Shown here: one piece after another, positions 28,159-37,080 of the stretch
Numbering within the stretch: position 1 is the first letter of the stretch
Layout of the letters: every line of letters starts with the position of its first letter
Source: Candidatus Uhrbacteria bacterium GW2011_GWE2_46_68
Lineage (GTDB): Bacteria; Patescibacteriota; Patescibacteriia; UBA9934; GWF2-40-263
Reading direction: 5' to 3'
DNA: 64,000 nucleotides
NCBI GenBank assembly: GCA_001002765.1
Contig: LCMS01000004.1
Location: 68,775-132,774, forward strand
Notes under the pieces: model-generated
Databases searched by the model: none
What the model was told of the DNA's origin: nothing
The model's input: the letters and a program-made list of their open reading frames with translations, nothing else
Translations under genes and position numbers: made by a program

Positions 28159-28692
28159 ATGGATCCACTTTCATGGAAAGAATTGTCACGCGAGATTGCC
28201 TATAGTGGGCCTCGAGAAAAAATTATTGAGAAAGTGATGTACGAACTTCCCAACGGTAAGGTATCAGATTTTTATCTTCGTCGCGTAAAAAATACGGTCG
28301 TTGTCCTGGCGCTTACCACGGATCATCAGGTTGTTTTGGCCAAACAATTTCGTCCGGGGAAAAAGAGAGTTTTATTGGAGCTTCCCGGTGGTAGTATCGA
28401 GGAAGGACAAACACCGGAGCAAGCCATTCATCACGAGCTTTTGCAAGAGACGGGTTATGAGGGAAACCTTCACTTTGTGGCAGAATCTTTGCGCGACGGA
28501 TATTCAAACTGGATCTCCTATTGTTTTGTCGCTACAGATTGTAAAAAAGTTTCCGCACAACAACTTGATCCGCATGAATGTATTGACGTGACTCTTTTAT
28601 CTTTGGAGGATTTTAAAAAACTCGTCCGTTCTGGCCAAATGACAGACATTGATGCGGCGATGCTGGGTTTGGATTATCTGGAATTGCTGTAA
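28159..28692 (+). CDS. NUDIX hydrolase (ADP-ribose pyrophosphatase-like)
   Basis: QFRP, ELPGG..EEGQTPEQAIHHELLQETG. Confidence 0.88.
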   Translation: MDPLSWKELSREIAYSGPREKIIEKVMYELPNGKVSDFYLRRVKNTVVVLALTTDHQVVLAKQFRPGKKRVLLELPGGSIEEGQTPEQAIHHELLQETGYEGNLHFVAESLRDGYSNWISYCFVATDCKKVSAQQLDPHECIDVTLLSLEDFKKLVRSGQMTDIDAAMLGLDYLELL

Positions 28693-28746
28693 GAATGAGA
28701 TAAGCTTTTCTGCTATACTATTCTCAAGACTCCTTATTCTTTTTTT

Positions 28747-28962
28747 ATGATCGAGCCAGGGATTTACAAACATTACAAAGGCAATGAATATCAAGTCCTT
28801 GGGGTGGCGAAACATTCCGAGACGCTTGAGGAATTAGTGGTGTATCAGGCGCTCTACGGCAGCGAGGAGATGTGGGTGCGTCCATCGGCGATGTTTGAAG
28901 AACAGGTGGAATGGAATGGAAAGCGTGTGCCAAGATTTCAATGGGTCGGACGCGGAGTGTAA
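28747..28962 (+). CDS. DUF1653-family protein
   Basis: GIYKHYKG, HSET, VVYQALYG, WVRP..MF, RF. Confidence 0.9.
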   Translation: MIEPGIYKHYKGNEYQVLGVAKHSETLEELVVYQALYGSEEMWVRPSAMFEEQVEWNGKRVPRFQWVGRGV

Positions 28963-28964
28963 CT

Positions 28965-29387
28965 ATGTCTGATTCTCACGCAACATTTTCCGCCGGAGGA
29001 GTGGTTCTTAATGTGCAAGGGCAGATTTTAGTGGTGAATCAAAAACATAATTCTTGGTCTTTGCCCAAAGGTCACATTGATCCAGGAGAAACTCTCATAG
29101 CTGCAGCGAAGCGGGAAATTTACGAAGAGTCCGGTCTTTGCGATCTGGTGATGATACGAGAACTCGGAACGTATCAGCGTTTCAAAATCGGCAAAGATGG
29201 AGTAGGGGAAGATCAAAGCGAATGGAAAACGATCACCTTCTTTTTATTTCGTACATCAGAACAAAACCTCGTTCCTGTGGATCCTGAAAATCCTGAAGCG
29301 CGATGGGTGAATAAAGAAGATGTGGTTGTTCTCCTCACTCATCCCAAAGACAAAGAATTTTTCTTGAAGATCAAAGAAACAATATGA
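28965..29387 (+). CDS. NUDIX hydrolase (Ap4A-hydrolase-like)
   Basis: SAGGVV, WSLPKGHIDPGE...AAKREIYEESG. Confidence 0.9.
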   Translation: MSDSHATFSAGGVVLNVQGQILVVNQKHNSWSLPKGHIDPGETLIAAAKREIYEESGLCDLVMIRELGTYQRFKIGKDGVGEDQSEWKTITFFLFRTSEQNLVPVDPENPEARWVNKEDVVVLLTHPKDKEFFLKIKETI

Positions 29388-29782
29388 CCCGAGCATTATT
29401 AGAACAAGTGCGCAATTTGCAGATTCCTTTGGGATCGTATGTCTTGTTTGGTAGCGCACCTATGGGGGTGCGGGGTATGAGGGAAATAAAGGGCGTTGAC
29501 ATAGTTGTGATTCCCGAAGTATTTGAAGATTTTAAAAAAAAGCCAGATTGGGTTTTTGAAATAAAGCCAAACGGATCAGAATGTTTGCGTCAAGGATCGC
29601 TCGAGATGTTTCATGGATGGTGGCCGGGGGAGTGGGATGTGGCAAAACTCATTGCCGAGGCTGATCTATTGGAAGGGTTGCCATTTGTGCGATTGGAAGA
29701 AGTGAAACGATGGAAGCAGATGAGAAATTCCGATAAAGATAAAGTTGATCTTCAGCTCATCGCGTCTTATCAAGGTCTATGA
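29384..29782 (+). CDS. Hypothetical protein, nucleotidyltransferase-like fold
   Basis: FGSA...VDIVV; C-terminal KDKVD. Confidence 0.55.
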   Translation: MTRALLEQVRNLQIPLGSYVLFGSAPMGVRGMREIKGVDIVVIPEVFEDFKKKPDWVFEIKPNGSECLRQGSLEMFHGWWPGEWDVAKLIAEADLLEGLPFVRLEEVKRWKQMRNSDKDKVDLQLIASYQGL

Positions 29783-30222
29783 AAATTACGATTTGCGGGA
29801 GCATCGCTTTTTTTGAGGAGATGTTAGTTGCCAAAGCGCAACTCGAAACAAGCGGACATGAAGTGAAAATGCCACCCACTCATGTGGCGGATGAAAACGG
29901 TTCTCTGATTCCCATTGCTGAATACTATCGCCTCCGTAAAGCCGATCATCCTGCTGATTGGATTTGGGAGCGCAAGTGTGAAGCCATGAAGTGGCACTTT
30001 GAAAAAATAATGTGGGCTGATGCCGTTCTTGTGCTTAACCATGAAAAGAAAGGAATTCCGGGTTATGTGGGTGCTAATACACTCATTGAAATGGGACTTG
30101 CCATGTATCTTGATAAACCCATTTATTTGCTTCATCCGATCCCGGAGATGGACAGTAAAGAAGAACTATTAGGCATGAAGCCCATTATTTTAAATGGCAT
30201 ACTATCTTCCCTATGCGTGTAG
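29779..30222 (+). CDS. Nucleoside 2-deoxyribosyltransferase-like protein
   Basis: ITICGS, ADAVLVLN, GYVGANTLIEMGLA. Confidence 0.65.
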   Translation: MKITICGSIAFFEEMLVAKAQLETSGHEVKMPPTHVADENGSLIPIAEYYRLRKADHPADWIWERKCEAMKWHFEKIMWADAVLVLNHEKKGIPGYVGANTLIEMGLAMYLDKPIYLLHPIPEMDSKEELLGMKPIILNGILSSLCV

Positions 30223-30479
30223 TCCATAAAAAAGTTTGGCCTGTTTATTTTGAAAGCCTTTTGTCCGGTAAAAAAACGTTTGAGTTACGGTTGAATGATT
30301 TTGAAATCGAAGAAGGTGACACCTTGGTCTTGGAAGAATGGGATCCGCAAACAAAAACATATACTGGTCGCACTTTGGAAAAAGTCGTGACTTATGTGGG
30401 GAAATTCCGTATAGACGATTTGTTCTGGCCCAAAGAGGAGATTGAAGAAAAGGGATTGCAGATCATTTCCCTTCAATAA
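30213..30479 (+). CDS. ASCH/DUF3850 domain protein
   Basis: WPVYFE, GKKTFELR, GDTLVLEEW, YTGR. Confidence 0.88.
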   Translation: MRVVHKKVWPVYFESLLSGKKTFELRLNDFEIEEGDTLVLEEWDPQTKTYTGRTLEKVVTYVGKFRIDDLFWPKEEIEEKGLQIISLQ

Positions 30480-30481
30480 AA

Positions 30482-30516
30482 AAACACCCCGATTGATAAG
30501 TCGGAGTGTTTTTTTT
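30482..30516. terminator. Bidirectional intrinsic terminator
   Basis: AAAACACCCCGA-loop-TCGGAGTGTTTT between convergent genes. Confidence 0.7.
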
Positions 30517-30541
30517 GTTTTCCAAGACGAACAACACTTTT

Positions 30542-32713
30542 TTATCTTCGTAGTCGCAGCGAATTAAGCACAACGGAGACCGAAGAAAATGCCATGGCTG
30601 CGGAGGCGATGATCGGGGTCAAAAATCCAAGCGCTGCAAAGGGAATCGCCAACACATTATAGAGAAACGCCCAAAAAAGATTTTGTTTGATGATGCGATA
30701 AGTGCGTTGCGCCAGAACGATTGCTTGCGGAACTTTTAAAGGATCGCTTCCGATAATCACCATGTGTCCGGCTTCAAGCGCGATATCGGTTCCACTTCCC
30801 ATGGCGATCCCCAAATCCGCTTGTGTGAGCGCAGGCGCATCATTGATTCCATCTCCCACGAAGGCCACATGTTTTCCCTGTGCCTGCGCTTGCTTTACCA
30901 GATCAAGTTTTTGTTCGGGAAAAACTTGAGCGAAAATATGCGTCATACCCAATGGTTGTGCAATCGCTTCCGCGACTTCTTTTTTGTCGCCTGTCAACAT
31001 AGCTGTCTCGATATGACGCGTGTGTAATTCTTGCACCGTTTTTATCGCGGTGTCCCTGATCTGATCGCGAAGCGCAAAGAGACCGGCAATTTCTTGTTCT
31101 TTTGCAAAAATAAGAACGGTGCATCCTTCTTTGTGCCAGGCGCGTATGGTTTTTTCCAAAGCGGGAAGGATCGGGATTCCCATTTCTTCCATCCATGCGC
31201 GTTGCCCTAAGTGATAGAGATTATTTTGTATATTTCCCTGCACGCCCTTGGCTGTGACAGACAAGAAATGGTCGACAGGAAGCAGTGAAATTTTCTCTTT
31301 TTGTGCATGAGAGGCCAATGCCAAAGAAAGCGGATGAGAGGAGAAATGTGCAAGACTTGCAGCGTGCTGCAGAAGATCAGAGTCAGATCCCCGGAGGGTT
31401 TGCACGTGTACGATTGTGGGTTTTCCTTGGGTAAGTGTGCCCGTTTTATCAAAGAACACTTTTGAAATGTTTCGCGCGCGTTCAAGCGCCTCGCCGCTTT
31501 TGATAAGTATTCCTTGTCGCGCTCCATGTCCGGTTCCAACCAAGATGGCTGTGGGGGTGGCAAGACCCAAGGCACAAGGACAAGCGATAACCAAGACGGC
31601 AATGGCAGGAATCAAAGATGTGGTCACATCTTTTGTGATAAAAAACCAAACAATAAATGTCGAAAACGCAAGACCTAAAACCACGGGGACAAAGACAGCA
31701 GACACACGATCTGCGAGTGCTTGAATGGGCGCGCGTTTCATTTGCGCGTCTTGCATGAGTTTTACAATGCGCGCCATCAGGGTTTCTCCTGCGGGTTTTG
31801 TCACTTCTAAGGTCAGACTTCCGTCTTGATTGATTGTGGATGCAAAAACAGTATCCCCGATCTGTTTTGTTACGGGAATACTTTCGCCAGTGAGAGCAGA
31901 TTCATCCACGTTTGAGACTCCGGATTGCACCACAGCATCGGAAGGAATTTTCTCTCCGGGTTTGACCAACACACGATCTCCCACACGAATTTGTTCGGGT
32001 GGAATATCTCGTGTGCTACCATCCTGTTCAAGTAGATGTGCTTGCTTGGCTCCCAAAGAAAGGAGACCTTGCAAGGCTTCGCCAGCCTTTCCTTTGCTGC
32101 GGGCCTCCAGGGCTTTTCCCAGTAAGATGAAAAAAGTGATGATGGCCGCGGTTTCAAAATAGCGATGTGTCTCCACAAAAACCGCCCACCAACTTGAGAC
32201 AAGAGAAACAAGGGTGCCCAGCGAAATCAGAGCATCCATGCCGGCCGTGAATCGTCGCGCTTGTTGGAAAGCGACTTTATGAAAGATAAATCCCGTTCCA
32301 AGAACCGCAACAGAAGCGAGTATTCCTTCAAACCAAGGAAGGATCATTGAGGGGAGAGGAAGAAACCCCATAGCAGAAAGAAAAACGGGGAGAGCGAGTA
32401 TTCCCGAGAGTAAAGCGCGGCGATCGGCTTGTCTGCGCTCGCGTGCAAACGGGACGGCTCCATGATCATGTCCTTCCATGCCCGTATGTTTTTCTTGCGA
32501 AGCGGAATGAGAAGGAACTTGATATCCTTCTTGCTCGACTATTTTGTGTAATGCATGAATGTCTACGTTATCGTCTGCGTTGACTTGAGCTTGTTGCAAG
32601 GCATAATTTACACGTGCTTCTTTTATACCAGGATGTTTGGAGAGTTGTTGTTGAATGCGCACAGCACAAGAAGCGCAGTGCATACCTTCAATGGGAAAGT
32701 TGTAAGTTTTCAT
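30542..32713 (-). CDS. copA: Copper-translocating P1B-type ATPase
   Basis: GMHCASC, TGES, CPCALGLA, DKTGTLT, GDGINDAP, YN and MxxSS motifs. Confidence 0.93.
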   Translation of the reverse strand: MKTYNFPIEGMHCASCAVRIQQQLSKHPGIKEARVNYALQQAQVNADDNVDIHALHKIVEQEGYQVPSHSASQEKHTGMEGHDHGAVPFARERRQADRRALLSGILALPVFLSAMGFLPLPSMILPWFEGILASVAVLGTGFIFHKVAFQQARRFTAGMDALISLGTLVSLVSSWWAVFVETHRYFETAAIITFFILLGKALEARSKGKAGEALQGLLSLGAKQAHLLEQDGSTRDIPPEQIRVGDRVLVKPGEKIPSDAVVQSGVSNVDESALTGESIPVTKQIGDTVFASTINQDGSLTLEVTKPAGETLMARIVKLMQDAQMKRAPIQALADRVSAVFVPVVLGLAFSTFIVWFFITKDVTTSLIPAIAVLVIACPCALGLATPTAILVGTGHGARQGILIKSGEALERARNISKVFFDKTGTLTQGKPTIVHVQTLRGSDSDLLQHAASLAHFSSHPLSLALASHAQKEKISLLPVDHFLSVTAKGVQGNIQNNLYHLGQRAWMEEMGIPILPALEKTIRAWHKEGCTVLIFAKEQEIAGLFALRDQIRDTAIKTVQELHTRHIETAMLTGDKKEVAEAIAQPLGMTHIFAQVFPEQKLDLVKQAQAQGKHVAFVGDGINDAPALTQADLGIAMGSGTDIALEAGHMVIIGSDPLKVPQAIVLAQRTYRIIKQNLFWAFLYNVLAIPFAALGFLTPIIASAAMAFSSVSVVLNSLRLRR

Positions 32714-32718
32714 AAAAA

Positions 32719-32752
32719 GGGGTCAGGTCGTGAATCGTAGCGTTTATGTTTT
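32719..32752. repeat. Solo copy of RAYT element end
   Basis: GGGGTCAGGTCGTGAATCGTAGCGTTTATGTTTT, 32/34 identical to the reverse complement of 57268-57301. Confidence 0.85.
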
Positions 32753-34031
32753 AATCTTCGACGATAAGCGTCCCGCGCACCATGCCCATAGAGCAACTAA
32801 AGGTAAATGTTCCGGTACGATCCGGAGTAAAGGTGATAGTGTTTACTCCTTTTTGCAGGGGCATAAAGATATCGAAGGCAGAGAGGATAAGAGAATCTGC
32901 ACACCCTACGCGATCCGCGCGATCAATTTCCCATACCACGGGAATATTTTTTTTCACGGTGAATACATCGGGGTCATAGCTGCCATACGGAGTCACTTTC
33001 ATACGAATGGTTTGTGTCTCTTCCGTTTGTATCGCTGTTGTCGTTTCTCCCCATGTGGGCCAAGCGCTTAGGAGCAATAAACCGTTTTGCGCAGTTTGAA
33101 TGCTCAATGCCAGCGCGATTGCTCCGGCTCCTAACGTTGCCCACACGCGCACACTTCCCTTGATAGAGGTAAAAAAGATCCCAATTCCAAGGAGTGCCGG
33201 AAGCGTTCCCAAGACAAAAAGCCCAAGAGCAAGAGCTGAGAGCCACGGATTCCCAAGTGATAACGCATAGAGCTGCATGGCTTGAGTGAATCCGCAAGGA
33301 AGGAAAAAAGTGAGCGCTCCGGCCATCCATGCTCCTTTTGGATGCCCCAAAGGAAAGAGGCGTTTGATAAACATAGGGAAGGATGCAGGAGTTTTGAGGT
33401 GAAAAGACGGAGGCAACCACTGTACCAAGCGCAAACCGAGAAAGAACAAAAGAATGGCGATTCCAATGAGAAGAAAGCCGTTGATCGTTGGAGAGAGATG
33501 CACGGTAGATCCCAACGTGCCAATCAAAAATCCAAAAAAGACAAAGCTTGTCAGACGGCCTGCATGAAATTTAAGATGGAATTTCCACGGATGATTGAAC
33601 TTTGAGGCGGATCCCATGGCACTCGAGAGACTGGCAAGAATCCCTGCAAGCAAGGCGGAACAGGTGGAGAAAGAAGCGAGGATTCCTATACCAAGAATGC
33701 TTAATAACGGAAGAGTCCGTGATGGATCAAGAGAAGGAGAGGAAGTAAACGGAAGGAGAAACCAAAGAACGATCAAAGCCAGAACAAAAAGAATTCGTTT
33801 TGGCGATACGCGAAATTTTACGGGCGCGTTTGAGAGACGATACCCAAGAGGGGACAAGAGAGATTCAATCTCCTTTGATGTGTACACACGATCTGCTGTG
33901 AGATGAATTTGCTGAGTGTGAAGATTGACCGTAATTTCTTGAACGCTTGAAAGTGCACGCAAGGTTTGCGCGATGGTAATCTCGCAGCTGGAACAATGCA
34001 TGCCTTGGACATGAAAGATTTGTTTGGACAT
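32751..34031 (-). CDS. HMA + DsbD_2/TauE-like membrane domain + cupredoxin-like protein
   Basis: GMHCSSC, STC, FHAGR, FLPCG, FSCSMGM. Confidence 0.85.
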   Translation of the reverse strand: MSKQIFHVQGMHCSSCEITIAQTLRALSSVQEITVNLHTQQIHLTADRVYTSKEIESLLSPLGYRLSNAPVKFRVSPKRILFVLALIVLWFLLPFTSSPSLDPSRTLPLLSILGIGILASFSTCSALLAGILASLSSAMGSASKFNHPWKFHLKFHAGRLTSFVFFGFLIGTLGSTVHLSPTINGFLLIGIAILLFFLGLRLVQWLPPSFHLKTPASFPMFIKRLFPLGHPKGAWMAGALTFFLPCGFTQAMQLYALSLGNPWLSALALGLFVLGTLPALLGIGIFFTSIKGSVRVWATLGAGAIALALSIQTAQNGLLLLSAWPTWGETTTAIQTEETQTIRMKVTPYGSYDPDVFTVKKNIPVVWEIDRADRVGCADSLILSAFDIFMPLQKGVNTITFTPDRTGTFTFSCSMGMVRGTLIVED

Positions 34032-34069
34032 AAAAATGAATAGAAAAAAATAAAGATGCGCCCTTTTTT

Positions 34070-34435
34070 CTATTCACGTTTTTGAATCGCTAAATGACGA
34101 GAGAGAGTTGAAAGTGGCGGGGGGACGGCATCGGTAAAAAGAGGATCGAGCAAAGGAAGAAACGCATGGTGGAATACGACAGAAAATATCGAAGTTCTTT
34201 GGAAGAGGTGGAGGAGGACATCCGCTTGAGGAGGATTTTGATAGTCTTGAGAAAGACAATGAAAGAGACAATTCGTCGCCGGAGAAGGAGGTGGAGGGGT
34301 GTTTGATGTTTGGTGGCAAGAAGAAATGGGAGGAGGGGTTTGTGTATCTGCCGGGGCAGAGGCGGGAATCACTAAAAACCATCCTGCAAGATGCAGAGTA
34401 AAAGCCAAACAAAGAATCCAAGAGGTGTGGCGCAT
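34070..34435 (-). CDS. Small exported Cys/Pro-rich protein leading the copper operon
   Basis: Signal-like N-terminus, SCH, CLFHC, Pro-rich C-terminus. Confidence 0.55.
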   Translation of the reverse strand: MRHTSWILCLAFTLHLAGWFLVIPASAPADTQTPPPISSCHQTSNTPPPPSPATNCLFHCLSQDYQNPPQADVLLHLFQRTSIFSVVFHHAFLPLLDPLFTDAVPPPLSTLSRHLAIQKRE

Positions 34436-34492
34436 AAACAGAATTATATCGCAGAGAACGGTGAATGAAAAACGGAGCGTAAGTTTTGCTCT

Positions 34493-34673
34493 ATAGTCCT
34501 CACATCATGAAACAGGATTTATCCATCCAGAGGGATGGCGGTCTGCTTGTCTTTCGCGTAGAAAAATTCTCAATGTATCTACGGATACATCTGCGGTTTT
34601 TCTACGCTCCAAGACGGCGCATCCCATCCATTCCTCTGGCGTCTAAAGTCCCGTTTCATAATGTGAGGACTAT
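34493..34673. ncRNA. 181-nt rod-shaped hairpin; structured RNA or DNA element
   Basis: Nested inverted repeats ATAGTCCTCACAT/ATGTGAGGACTAT, CCAGAGG/CCTCTGG, GCGTAGAAAAA/TTTTTCTACGC, ATGTATC-TACG-GATACAT. Confidence 0.5.
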
Positions 34674-34709
34674 GGAATTATTCCTCCCAGTTCGCTATGC
34701 TGGCAGCGT

Positions 34710-35906
34710 ATGAATACACAAACGTATCCAACGATCAGGCTGCGCGCAGAGCGCGAACGCAGCACCTTGGCCAGGCACCCATGGATTTTTTCACAAGCCG
34801 TCCATTCTTTGGATACCGAAGTGAGACACGGCGATCTTGTACAAGTGGAATCCTGGGAAGGAGAAGTGATTGGAGTGGGAACATTTTCCGAATCCTCTTC
34901 GATTGTCGTGAGGATTTTTTCTTTTACTCCCTGTACGATCGATGAAACGTGGATGGAGGAAAAGATTTTGGAAGCGGATGCGCGGCGCAAAAAAGCAGGG
35001 GTGACGGGTGAACACACCGACGGATATCGTGTGGTATTTGGAGAGGCCGACGATCTTCCGGGAATCGTTATTGACCGGTATCGCACGGTGTGTGTGTTGC
35101 AACTTTCAACTGCCGGAGCGGATCGTTTGCGCGAGATGATCGTGCAAGCACTTGAGAAAATATTTCATCCCGCAGCGATCGTAGAGCGCAGTGATATGCC
35201 TTCGCGTAAAGAGGAACGACTGGAACCCGTTGTTTCCGTTCTCCACGGGACACTTCCCAAGAAAATTCTTTTTTCTGAAGAGGGAATTGAATATCTGGCC
35301 GATCCCTTGGAAGGACAAAAAACAGGATTTTTTTTAGATCAACGACCTTTACGCACCTGGCTTCTTCAAAACGCTCATGGTCGTGTGCTTAATCTTTTCA
35401 GTTATTCCGGCGCGTTAGGCATTGCCGCGATCAAAGGTGGAGCAGCGTCTGTGTTGAACGTTGATGTCAGTGCTTCGGCTTTGGAACTCTGTAAAAAACA
35501 GGCGAAGCTCCACAAAATTGATCCGGACGTTTTTCAAACTGAAGAAGCGGACGTGTTCCAATACCTCGGAAAAACCACAGACGAGCTTTTTGATATGGTC
35601 GTTTTGGATCCGCCGGCGCTCATCAAATCACGTAAAGATATGGAGGAAGGACGTAAGGCCTATCACTTTCTCAATCGCGCGGCTATGCGCTTGGTCAAAC
35701 CCGGAGGCATCTTTCTTTCCTCGAGTTGTTCCTATTATTTTTCTTTTGAAGATATGTTTACAACTCTTCGTCGCGCTTCGCTTCAAAATAAACGCACGTT
35801 TCATATTTTTTCTTCCTTTCCTCAACCTGCAGATCATCCCGCTTCACTGTATTTTCCCGAGTCCGCTTATCTCAAAACGATTATGGGAGAGATGGGGGAG
35901 AGTTGA
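34710..35906 (+). CDS. RlmI-like class I SAM-dependent rRNA methyltransferase
   Basis: HPWIF PUA domain, GQKTGFFLDQR, LNLFSYSG, LDPP, SSCS. Confidence 0.9.
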   Translation: MNTQTYPTIRLRAERERSTLARHPWIFSQAVHSLDTEVRHGDLVQVESWEGEVIGVGTFSESSSIVVRIFSFTPCTIDETWMEEKILEADARRKKAGVTGEHTDGYRVVFGEADDLPGIVIDRYRTVCVLQLSTAGADRLREMIVQALEKIFHPAAIVERSDMPSRKEERLEPVVSVLHGTLPKKILFSEEGIEYLADPLEGQKTGFFLDQRPLRTWLLQNAHGRVLNLFSYSGALGIAAIKGGAASVLNVDVSASALELCKKQAKLHKIDPDVFQTEEADVFQYLGKTTDELFDMVVLDPPALIKSRKDMEEGRKAYHFLNRAAMRLVKPGGIFLSSSCSYYFSFEDMFTTLRRASLQNKRTFHIFSSFPQPADHPASLYFPESAYLKTIMGEMGES

Positions 35907-35951
35907 GAGAATGGGAGAAATAAAATTTTCAATTTTTAATATTCAATTTTT

Positions 35952-36275
35952 ATGAAAAAACTTTCTTTTCCTCTGACGGGGTTTTTGCAGGCATTGGGTG
36001 TGGTTGGTTATATCGCGCTTGTAGGTAGTTTTATACATCTTTTAGAATCCACCAACGTATCACAGACCCCTCCCGCCTTTATCGGTATCATGTTGATGTT
36101 ATTGCTGCTCGTTTTCTCCGCAGGAATCACGGGAACCCTTGTCTTTGGATATCCTGTCTATCTTGCTTTGCAAAAGCAGTGGAAGGAAGCTGTCTTGGTT
36201 ACTGCCTACACATTCGCCTCTTTATTCCTCATGGGTTTTTTGCTTGTGATATCCATGTTTTTATTTTGGTCTTAA
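35952..36275 (+). CDS. Hypothetical membrane protein
   Basis: Three TM segments. Confidence 0.7.
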   Translation: MKKLSFPLTGFLQALGVVGYIALVGSFIHLLESTNVSQTPPAFIGIMLMLLLLVFSAGITGTLVFGYPVYLALQKQWKEAVLVTAYTFASLFLMGFLLVISMFLFWS

Positions 36276-36278
36276 TCT

Positions 36279-37064
36279 ATGCTCATCTCCATTCTTTTGG
36301 CTACGCTTGCGATCAGCTTTCTTTCTTTGATCGGCGTTTTGACTTTGGTGGTTTCCAAAACATCTCTGGATCGTCTTTTGCTTTTTTTGATCGCACTTGC
36401 GGCCGGAGGACTCATGGGTGGCGCGTTTCTTCATTTGATTCCCGAATCCATAGAACTCGCAGAGGAGATGACAGGAAACTCTCATGCTGCACTCGAGCAA
36501 GTGTTTCTTTTTTTAATCGGCGGGTTTTGTTTATTTCTTTTTTTGGAACAAGGCCTGCATTGGCACCATCAACATGGTCGCGTCCATGAAGGACATACGT
36601 GTGATAAAAAACCGCTTTCTTATCTTATTTTGTTTGGAGACGGGGTACACAATTTGATTGACGGGCTTGTCATTGCCGCTTCTTTTTTAGTGAGTCCTTT
36701 GACCGGATGGATCACAACCGTCGCGGTCGCTTTGCACGAAATTCCTCAAGAAATGGGAGATTTTGGTGTATTGGTGTATGGAGGATTCAAACGTTCGCGC
36801 GCGTTATTTTTTAATCTTCTTTCCGGTTTGACCGCGGTCTTGGGTGGAGTGATCGGTTATTTTTTTGCCGGACGATCAGAAGCTTTCATGCTCTATCTTC
36901 TTCCTGTGGCTGCCGGAGGATTCTTATATCTGGCGGCATCTGATTTGATACCCGAAATCAAGCATGAACATCAAGAAGGAAAGAAAGTGTTTGCTTATTT
37001 TTTGACGTTTCTTTTAGGGATCGCCATTGTTTGGATGATGCGATTTCTTCCGATCGAACATTAG
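36279..37064 (+). CDS. ZIP-family metal transporter
   Basis: HLIPE, His-rich loop, HNLIDG, HEIPQEMGD. Confidence 0.93.
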   Translation: MLISILLATLAISFLSLIGVLTLVVSKTSLDRLLLFLIALAAGGLMGGAFLHLIPESIELAEEMTGNSHAALEQVFLFLIGGFCLFLFLEQGLHWHHQHGRVHEGHTCDKKPLSYLILFGDGVHNLIDGLVIAASFLVSPLTGWITTVAVALHEIPQEMGDFGVLVYGGFKRSRALFFNLLSGLTAVLGGVIGYFFAGRSEAFMLYLLPVAAGGFLYLAASDLIPEIKHEHQEGKKVFAYFLTFLLGIAIVWMMRFLPIEH

Positions 37065-37080
37065 CGTATAATAGTGACGT

